Shown here in pieces: positions 1 to 5,335 of a stretch of 16,540 nucleotides of DNA. The number at the start of each line of letters is the position of its first letter. Positions within the stretch are counted from its first letter, which is position 1. The notes below the pieces were generated by a model that saw nothing but the letters and a program-made list of their open reading frames with translations, did no database searches and was not told where the DNA came from. The position numbers and the translations under genes were made by a program. This DNA comes from a virus. The DNA is taken from the IMG/VR virus record IMGVR_UViG_3300045988_070840; one strand, 5' to 3'.

Positions 1-73
1 ACTATGGCCCCCCGAATCCCATGTACCTCCCCAGCGCCGTAAACTTGTACAGCGTGGGAGTACATGAGGGACG
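1..73. repeat. Left inverted terminal repeat (73 bp, perfect)
   Basis: Bases 1..73 are the exact reverse complement of 16468..16540. Identity breaks at position 74 versus 16467. Terminal inverted repeats are expected for a protein-primed linear genome. Confidence 0.97.
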
Positions 74-253
74 CTATTTATACTTGCAATGAATATAATA
101 CAGGACGCATATACCGCATACTACTATTAATGTTGGGTTGCTCGCGATTGCATCAATAATCGCGGCTATTATTTGTATAGCTGTAGTAAAGAAGTCTCCT
201 AACGTGTTAGCGATGTTATATACAGCTGTGTGAAGTTGTTCCGTGGTGGTCAT
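74..253 (-). CDS. Small hydrophobic (membrane) protein, 59 aa, not in the ORF track
   Basis: The minus-strand ATG is at 253..251, preceded by AAAGGAAA 6 nt upstream. Translation is MTTTEQLHTAVYNIANTLGDFFTTAIQIIAAIIDAIASNPTLIVVCGICVLYYIHCKYK, with two hydrophobic stretches. The stop TAG (76..74) abuts the ITR. A perfect consensus promoter lies upstream. Confidence 0.6.
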   Translation of the reverse strand: MTTTEQLHTAVYNIANTLGDFFTTAIQIIAAIIDAIASNPTLIVVCGICVLYYIHCKYK

Positions 254-271
254 GTCATTTCCTTTCGTTTG

Positions 272-391
272 GTGTACCTTGATTATAGATTAGTAGTGTA
301 CCGCTGTCAACTGTCAATCTTGCGCAAGTGAAAAATAATACTATATGTAGGAATTATGAAGGTACACGGCCATACTTGCAATCAGGTACAC
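272..391. promoter_or_regulatory. Four (A)GGTACAC boxes arranged symmetrically in the divergent promoter region (candidate operators)
   Basis: GTGTACC occurs at 272..278 and 296..302. GGTACAC occurs at 361..367 and 385..391. The outer and inner pairs are both centred on 331/332. One box sits inside the -35/-10 spacer of each divergent promoter. Confidence 0.5.
282..310 (-). promoter_or_regulatory. Leftward sigma-70/sigma-A type promoter, perfect consensus
   Basis: On the minus strand: TTGACA (310..305), a 17-nt spacer, then TATAAT (287..282). A second TTGACA lies at 317..312, one base further upstream. It drives the 74..253 ORF. Confidence 0.75.
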
Positions 392-404
392 AACCGTGTA
401 TATT
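376..404 (+). promoter_or_regulatory. Rightward early promoter
   Basis: TTGCAA (376..381), a 17-nt spacer, then TATATT (399..404). The predicted start near 411 lies downstream of the GTG at 409 used by the ORF track. Confidence 0.65.
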
Positions 405-453
405 ATAAGTGCACCAAACGAAAGGCGTTAAACATAGCAGAAAGGAACGTAAA

Positions 454-654
454 ATGATTGAAAACAAGGAAACGGCCTACTGTATGGCGAAACTTGAGGA
501 TGAAATTAGAGCAGAGTACAAGAGCGCCGCTATTTATCTCGATTGCAACGATGGAAAGCAGGACGCAACCTATAACCGCATGATTTCGCGTTGGTCGACC
601 ATGATTACAGCGTTCGAACTGGCTTTTGGCGTGAGATATTTCAAGCAGTACTAA
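454..654 (+). CDS. Hypothetical early protein (66 aa)
   Basis: This is the ORF-track frame 409..654, with the start moved to the ATG at 454. GAAAGGAA lies 6 nt upstream of that ATG. The GTG at 409 lies upstream of the predicted transcription start. I recognise no motif. Confidence 0.6.
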   Translation: MIENKETAYCMAKLEDEIRAEYKSAAIYLDCNDGKQDATYNRMISRWSTMITAFELAFGVRYFKQY

Positions 655-669
655 CTAATTTATGATTAT

Positions 670-693
670 GCGGGCGGCGAAAACGTCGCCCGC
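670..693 (+). terminator. GC-rich 10-bp hairpin without a U-tract (weak terminator, attenuator or RNA-stability element)
   Basis: GCGGGCGGCG-AAAA-CGTCGCCCGC contains one G.U pair. It lies between two + strand ORFs and is followed by TAAGAGAAAGG, not a T-run. Confidence 0.3.
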
Positions 694-713
694 TAAGAGA
701 AAGGGAAACCATT

Positions 714-1127
714 ATGAAACTGCGTTACATGTCTGCTACAGTCGATTTTGTCGACTCTATCACGCTCAAACTTGAAGACGGCGAGGATATCCATCTTAAA
801 AATGCGTATTTACTCACGTCGTACGCGTCCCGCGTCGCCGTTTATTGCAAGATGCGCGTTTATCTTCTTCCGCGCTATGATTACAGCGTTACGACGTGGA
901 AACATCTTCACGCCTTCATAGAAGACTATTGTAGTTTTGTGCGCGATTATGATGCGAAGACCATGCGAGAGATTGCATCGCATGGTGTAACTGATACAGA
1001 ATGTGAATACGCGTTCGCAAGCGGCATAGTCACAGGCGTTGAACCAGAATATTGCAATTGCGAAGGTTGCGCTAACTGGCCTTGCGTGGGAGTGTGCGGA
1101 CTTACGGAGCATATTGAGCGCTATTAA
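714..1127 (+). CDS. Hypothetical early protein (137 aa) with a Cys-rich C-terminus
   Basis: The ATG at 714 follows AGAAAGGGAAA. The C-terminal CNCEGCANWPCVGVCG cluster may bind metal. I cannot assign a family. Confidence 0.6.
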   Translation: MKLRYMSATVDFVDSITLKLEDGEDIHLKNAYLLTSYASRVAVYCKMRVYLLPRYDYSVTTWKHLHAFIEDYCSFVRDYDAKTMREIASHGVTDTECEYAFASGIVTGVEPEYCNCEGCANWPCVGVCGLTEHIERY

Positions 1128-1181
1128 TAGGGGCGATACTATGTGCATTTCATGGAGCGACTTGCAAGTTGGTTTTAATAC

Positions 1182-1210
1182 TTGACAAGCCGCATTGCAA
1201 GGCGTAATAT
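1182..1210 (+). promoter_or_regulatory. Sigma-A type promoter
   Basis: TTGACA (1182..1187), a 17-nt spacer, then TAATAT (1205..1210), 40 nt upstream of the ATG at 1251. Confidence 0.65.
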
Positions 1211-1250
1211 ATGAGTTGCCATTAAGGTATACAACAGAAAGGATTTCATT

Positions 1251-1511
1251 ATGGCACGCAACACGATTCAAAAGAAGTTCACCAGCACGGAGGTAAGAGG
1301 GTACGTCATTAAGGACGGTCAGCCCGTGCAGGTTACCTATCAGCTTGACAAGAAGTGTGGACTGAACACCGCGCAATCGCTCATTCGCAAGCAGACGCCT
1401 AGCTTTTCAGCCGTTGAGGTTGTGGAGAATGAGCAGTTATATAAAATGACTTTTGAAGATTTCAAGAAGTACGGCACACGCTGCGATGCTTCGGAAGATG
1501 ACGAGGACTAA
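1251..1511 (+). CDS. Hypothetical early protein (86 aa) with an acidic C-terminal tail
   Basis: The ATG at 1251 follows AGAAAGGA. The protein ends in ASEDDED. Its position upstream of the SSB/TP/polymerase genes suggests a replication accessory or DNA-binding role, but this is unproven. Confidence 0.6.
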   Translation: MARNTIQKKFTSTEVRGYVIKDGQPVQVTYQLDKKCGLNTAQSLIRKQTPSFSAVEVVENEQLYKMTFEDFKKYGTRCDASEDDED

Positions 1512-1564
1512 CACGCCAAAACGTGTAGCGTAAGGTACTCCGCCCATGAATGAAAGGAACGAAA

Positions 1565-1978
1565 ATGGAGAACGAACTTTCGACAATCACCAACGATGCG
1601 CCCGAATTTTCACGCGGGATGTATTGCTCAATCCATGCGGAGACGCAAGAGGACAGGTTGGACATTTACGAGGCTGTTTCTAACTCCCTCTCTCTCGATG
1701 ACATGGTGGGGAAGGTCGTGGAGGTTGAGAACGTCATTATTCAGCCCGTGGAAATGACCGACAATGTGACGGGTGAGATTATGCAGCGCAACCGCATCGT
1801 GCTTATCACCCCGAAGGGCGATGCCTACGGGTGCACTAGTACGGGCGTTGAAACCTCGATGAAGAACCTTTTCAGTATCGTAGGTTGCCCGCCGTGGAAT
1901 CCCGCAATCAAATTCGAAGTTGTGAAGAAGCAGGGGCGCAACGGGTACAAGTTCACCAGCTTGCAGCGCCACAAGTAA
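1565..1978 (+). CDS. Putative single-stranded DNA-binding protein (phage SSB-like, 137 aa)
   Basis: The ATG at 1565 has AAAGGAA 5 nt upstream; the track start at 1550 has no RBS. The pattern VGK..EVENV.IQPVE..D..TGE...RNRIVLI.P.G.AY.C.S.GV..S...L resembles, from memory, the Lactococcus-phage-type SSB family. The gene occupies the phi29 gene-5 position, just before TP and DNAP. Confidence 0.45.
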   Translation: MENELSTITNDAPEFSRGMYCSIHAETQEDRLDIYEAVSNSLSLDDMVGKVVEVENVIIQPVEMTDNVTGEIMQRNRIVLITPKGDAYGCTSTGVETSMKNLFSIVGCPPWNPAIKFEVVKKQGRNGYKFTSLQRHK

Positions 1979-2003
1979 ACACCCCGAAGCAGAGCGGAAC
2001 GCG

Positions 2004-2033
2004 AGGGCGGGCGAAATGCCCGCCCTTTCTGTT
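2004..2033 (+). terminator. Rho-independent terminator/attenuator
   Basis: AGGGCGGGC-GAAAT-GCCCGCCCT forms a 9-bp GC stem, followed by TTCTGTT. It sits between the SSB-like gene and the TP gene. Confidence 0.7.
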
Positions 2034-2047
2034 AAGGAGGTGAGCCG

Positions 2048-2863
2048 ATGACCAAGGCTAACGAGAACGCCCGCGCCCGTGTTGCGGATGCAGAACGGAG
2101 GGCGCGGCGCAAAATCAAGAGATTGCAGAACAAGGGCGTAAGAACGGGCGGGATTAGTCCATTTCGCGACGTTGACGAATCGAATACAAGGGAATTGAAA
2201 CGCTACGCGCGGGATTTAGAGCAGTTCGTTTCACGTTCTACAAGGTTCGTAGCAGGGCGAGACGGCACGCCTATACCGTACACCGCTTATAGGGACTACA
2301 AGCGCATTGAAAGGCAATGGAACAAGGAGCACAACAGATATTGGCAGAAGTTCGCGCAACATCCGTTTTTGACCGCATACGGCGAAGCTGATATGACGTT
2401 AGGACAACGGAGCGCGGTATCACACGTTAAAGGCTTGCCATTTGGTAATATCGGCTATCAACGTGAGTTATTGCCTGAACAGATAAGAAGCGTTAATGAT
2501 TTGGAGCAGCGCAAGAAGATTCTAAAACGGGAACTATCCCGCTCATTTCAACGCAAGCGGATTACGCAGCTACGTAAGAGCCTTCTGGAACATGCCGCGA
2601 CGTTTAATGACCCTCGAATCCCCAACATGATTAAGAAGCTGTCAAATGAACAGCTTTTTGCATTACAGAATTTTACCAATTTTGTACCTCTTTATTACCG
2701 CTATATCAATACGGACAGGGATAACGTAATGGGCGCACAGGCTGATGCTATGGATGATGAAGCGCAGAAAGAGCATATGGTTCTTACCATTCAGCAGGTA
2801 CAGAATCAATACCCCAAGAAGGCGGCACGAAAACGCAAGCGTAAAAACAAAAAACGTAGGTAG
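2048..2863 (+). CDS. Putative terminal protein (271 aa)
   Basis: The RBS is GGAGGTG. The gene lies immediately upstream of, and tightly packed against, the protein-primed DNAP, as in phi29 gene 3 then gene 2. The size is close to phi29 TP (266 aa). The N-terminus (RRARRKIKR) and C-terminus (KKAARKRKRKNKKRR) are both strongly basic. Sequence similarity was not verified. Confidence 0.6.
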   Translation: MTKANENARARVADAERRARRKIKRLQNKGVRTGGISPFRDVDESNTRELKRYARDLEQFVSRSTRFVAGRDGTPIPYTAYRDYKRIERQWNKEHNRYWQKFAQHPFLTAYGEADMTLGQRSAVSHVKGLPFGNIGYQRELLPEQIRSVNDLEQRKKILKRELSRSFQRKRITQLRKSLLEHAATFNDPRIPNMIKKLSNEQLFALQNFTNFVPLYYRYINTDRDNVMGAQADAMDDEAQKEHMVLTIQQVQNQYPKKAARKRKRKNKKRR

Positions 2864-2865
2864 CT

Positions 2866-4578
2866 ATGGATTACGTAGCAGATTTCGAGACGACCACAGA
2901 TGTAAATGATTGTCGCGTTTGGGCGTGGTGTGTTTGTGAGATTGATAACCCCGACGCACTAAGCTGTGGAACGAACATTGCAACATTTCTTGATTTCTGC
3001 AAGGTGCATGGCGGTACATATTATTTCCACAACGCTGCTTTTGACTGTGAGTTTATTCTGTGCTACCTGCTTACCAACGGATTTGAGTACAGTGAGAAGG
3101 CAAAAACAAAGACGTTCAAAACGCTTATATCTAGCATGGGCAAGTTCTATCAGATGCAAGTATGCTTTGAGAAGAAGGGTAAGAAGAAGGCTATTACCTG
3201 CACATTCAAAGACAGCTTGAAAAAACTCCCCATGAAGGTATCGCAGATTGCAAAGGCTTTCGACCTCCCCATATCCAAGTTGGAGATTGACTATACGGAG
3301 TACCGCCCCATAGGTCACGAGTTGACACCGCAGGAACGAGACTACATCAGGAACGATGTTCAGATTGTCGCACAGGCATTGCGCCAACAGTTCGGCAAGG
3401 GACTTACGAGATTGACAATTGGAAGCGACGCGCTCAACGGGTACAAGGACATAATCGGTTCAAAGTGGGATGATTGGTTCCCAAAAATTCATATCGAAAT
3501 GGATGCGATGATACGCAAAGCGTATCGTGGCGGGTATACCTATGCGAACCCTATCTATCAATCCGATGCAGACCATGAGGACAGATTGCAGGGCAGTGGT
3601 TCAGTATATGATGTGAACAGTCTGTACCCCGATGTTATGTACCATCGCCCCTTGCCGATAGGGCATCCAATTTATTTCAAAGGGTGCTATAAGGACAATC
3701 CCCAATATCCCCTTTATATCCAATTCCTAACATGCCATTGCAAGTTGAAACCAAACCACCTCCCCACATTGCAGATAAAGAACAACCCATTTTATTCGGA
3801 GACGGAGTATATACATGACACGGAGGGCACCGTTGACTTGGCTTTGACCAACATTGATTTGGAAATACTCATGCAGCAGTATGATGTTACGGTTTTCTCT
3901 TATAACGGCGGTTACATGTTTGAGCAGGCTACGGGACTGTTCAAAGAGTACATTGATTATTGGATGCACATAAAGGAGACAACCACAGGCGGTTTGAGAC
4001 AGCTTGCAAAGCTAATGCTCAACTCGCTTTACGGGAAGTTCGCAACCAACCCCGACGTTACGCCGAAGATTCCGTATCTGAAAGATGATGGAAGCGTGGG
4101 TTACAGATTGGGGGACAAAGAGACACGTGACCCTGTTTACACACCTATGGGGTGCTTCATTACTGCATGGGCAAGACATAAGACCATAACCGCCGCACAA
4201 AGCGTGTATGATAGGTTCATGTATGCGGACACTGATAGCATACATGTTTTGGGTACTGAACCAGTACAGGGAATTGAAGTCCATCCTACGCACCTTGGTG
4301 CTTGGAAACACGAGAGCAATTTCAGCATGGCTAAATATATCAGGGCTAAAACGTACATGGAAAGAATCTATCAGGTTGGCAAGATGGTTGATGGCGAATA
4401 CAGAATGGTTGACGTTCAGCCGTTCGATGACGTTAAGTGCGCAGGTATGCCAGAGGAATTGAAGCGCATGGTTACGTTCGACAGTTTCAAAAGGGGCTTG
4501 CAACTTCATGGGAAGTTGAAGCCAAGGCACGTTAGGGGCGGCATAGTGCTTGAGCCTATAACGTTCACGCTCACCTGA
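2866..4578 (+). CDS. Protein-primed family-B DNA polymerase (phi29 gp2-like, 570 aa)
   Basis: Exo I is DFETT, Exo II is HNAAFDCEF and Exo III is YIRNDV. Motif A is YDVNSLYP, motif B is KLMLNSLYGKF, motif C is YADTDS, and a KxY motif (RAKTY) is present. Confidence 0.97.
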   Translation: MDYVADFETTTDVNDCRVWAWCVCEIDNPDALSCGTNIATFLDFCKVHGGTYYFHNAAFDCEFILCYLLTNGFEYSEKAKTKTFKTLISSMGKFYQMQVCFEKKGKKKAITCTFKDSLKKLPMKVSQIAKAFDLPISKLEIDYTEYRPIGHELTPQERDYIRNDVQIVAQALRQQFGKGLTRLTIGSDALNGYKDIIGSKWDDWFPKIHIEMDAMIRKAYRGGYTYANPIYQSDADHEDRLQGSGSVYDVNSLYPDVMYHRPLPIGHPIYFKGCYKDNPQYPLYIQFLTCHCKLKPNHLPTLQIKNNPFYSETEYIHDTEGTVDLALTNIDLEILMQQYDVTVFSYNGGYMFEQATGLFKEYIDYWMHIKETTTGGLRQLAKLMLNSLYGKFATNPDVTPKIPYLKDDGSVGYRLGDKETRDPVYTPMGCFITAWARHKTITAAQSVYDRFMYADTDSIHVLGTEPVQGIEVHPTHLGAWKHESNFSMAKYIRAKTYMERIYQVGKMVDGEYRMVDVQPFDDVKCAGMPEELKRMVTFDSFKRGLQLHGKLKPRHVRGGIVLEPITFTLT

Positions 4579-4591
4579 TAGGAGGTAACAT

Positions 4592-4759
4592 ATGATTGAG
4601 CGTAGCTTTAGGATTGATGAAGTGATGTACGAGCAGCTTAAAGAAATAAGCGAGCGAGAGAATCTACCCGTTTCCTATCTTGTTCGCGTTGCGATTTCGC
4701 AGTTTTTGAACGCCTATTCCGATTCGATTGATTTGGTGAAAATGAACGCGAGTGCTTGA
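4592..4759 (+). CDS. Ribbon-helix-helix (CopG/Arc/MetJ-type) transcriptional regulator, 55 aa, not in the ORF track
   Basis: The RBS is GGAGGT, 6 nt before the ATG at 4592. Translation is MIERSFRIDEVMYEQLKEISERENLPVSYLVRVAISQFLNAYSDSIDLVKMNASA. It shows a beta-strand (RSFRID), helix A, a turn (LPVS) and helix B, which is the RHH signature. The stop TGA (4757..4759) lies inside the first AGTGCTTGAC repeat. Confidence 0.75.
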   Translation: MIERSFRIDEVMYEQLKEISERENLPVSYLVRVAISQFLNAYSDSIDLVKMNASA

Positions 4760-4778
4760 CAGTGCTTGACAGTGCTTG
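4751..4778 (+). repeat. Three direct AGTGCTTG repeats at exact 10-bp phasing (candidate operator array)
   Basis: AGTGCTTGAC AGTGCTTGAC AGTGCTTGTG occupies 4751..4780. Copies 1 and 2 each contain a TTGACA. A fourth AGTGCTTGA lies at 4544..4552, about 40 nt upstream of the RHH start. Confidence 0.8.
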
Positions 4779-4794
4779 TGAAGTGACATATATT
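4766..4794 (+). promoter_or_regulatory. Late-operon promoter
   Basis: TTGACA (4766..4771), a 17-nt spacer, then TATATT (4789..4794). A duplicate TTGACA sits 10 bp upstream at 4756..4761. Confidence 0.7.
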
Positions 4795-4800
4795 GGCTAT

Positions 4801-4968
4801 GGTGATACCCAATCCGTCTGGACGATGACCGATGCGGGGTTGCTACGGGTGATACCGCCCGCACGAGTGCGAGCCGCATTAGCAGCGGCGGCGTTTCGGG
4901 AATGGCAATATCACCAGCACAGTCAGCCCTTGCCACGGTCACAACCAGATGGCGGGGGCTATTTTGTT
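4801..4968 (+). ncRNA. Candidate structured non-coding RNA or leader (pRNA-like candidate)
   Basis: About 168 nt lie between the predicted start of the 4766..4794 promoter and a terminator-like hairpin. The hairpin pairs 4925..4935 with 4950..4960 (11 bp including 2 G.U) and is followed by ATTTTGTT. There is no RBS-preceded ORF. Self-complementary segments are dense: GGTGATACC occurs twice (4801, 4848) and can pair with TATCACC (4909..4915), and GCCGC-ATTAGCA-GCGGC lies at 4873..4889. Confidence 0.35.
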
Positions 4969-4981
4969 GAAAGGAGAAGGA

Positions 4982-5335
4982 ATGAACCTAGAGGAGTTGC
5001 TTGCATGGATTAGCGAGCGCATGGAGGCTAGTGAGTACGCCACCGCAGAGACGCTATTGAAGGACATGGAGAAGCGGGCTGCCGACTTTGACGAGTACCG
5101 CAGTTCTTCGGAAGCGCGAATGAGCGAGTACGCAGCTAACGAGGAAGAGATGAAGTCAGAGATTCAGTCCCTTAAAGCCCGCAATTATGACCTGCTGATG
5201 CAGGTACCTGCCGACAACAGCGGGGACAATGATGGTGACGGTGCGGTTGTTGAGGACGTTGACGATGATGGAACAGTGTACCACATCGACAGTCTTTTCA
5301 CCGATGATAAGGAGGATGGAAACAATGGCAATTAA
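4982..5335 (+). CDS. Scaffolding protein (phi29 gp7-like role, 117 aa)
   Basis: The ATG at 4982 follows GAAAGGAGAAGG. The protein is small, very acidic and predicted helical/coiled-coil. It lies directly upstream of the capsid gene and overlaps it by 11 nt. Confidence 0.65.
   Translation: MNLEELLAWISERMEASEYATAETLLKDMEKRAADFDEYRSSSEARMSEYAANEEEMKSEIQSLKARNYDLLMQVPADNSGDNDGDGAVVEDVDDDGTVYHIDSLFTDDKEDGNNGN

Noticed and set aside
80-99. ATACTTGCAAT (identical to the 372..382 copy that carries the early -35) followed by TATAAT at 94..99
   Set aside because: The gap between TTGCAA (84..89) and TATAAT is only 4 nt, which is incompatible with a sigma-A promoter. It lies inside the leftward ORF. 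The 11-mer repeat is noted, but I cannot assign it a function.
810-1376. A 188-aa minus-strand ORF spanning two + strand genes and the 1182 promoter
   Set aside because: It crosses an intergenic promoter region, has no start context, and is opposite to ORFs with good RBSs.
1511-1526. A small hairpin ACACG-CCAAAA-CGTGT after the 86-aa ORF
   Set aside because: The stem is only 5 bp with no U-tract, which is too weak to call a terminator.
4664-4942. A 92-aa minus-strand ORF across the RHH gene 3' end, the late promoter and the leader
   Set aside because: It is antisense to a strong promoter and to the RHH gene. It has no RBS or promoter, and its composition is typical of a shadow frame in GC-rich sequence.
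4756-5013. An 85-aa + strand ORF (or 62 aa from the ATG at 4825) covering the non-coding leader
   Set aside because: The track start is a TTG inside the -35 hexamer, upstream of the predicted transcription start. The internal ATG at 4825 has no convincing RBS. The product is Ala/Arg/Pro-rich, unlike the other proteins here, and it overlaps the well-supported scaffold start. It is kept only as the alternative to the ncRNA hypothesis.
5229-5324. Upstream extensions of track ORFs (MCP from 5229, tail knob from 6742, ATPase from 13183, 15801..15917, and others)
   Set aside because: The extensions overlap the preceding gene in another frame and lack an RBS. Internal ATGs with canonical GGAGG/AAGGA spacing, or ATGA/TAATG coupling, give proteins whose N-termini match phi29 homologues.
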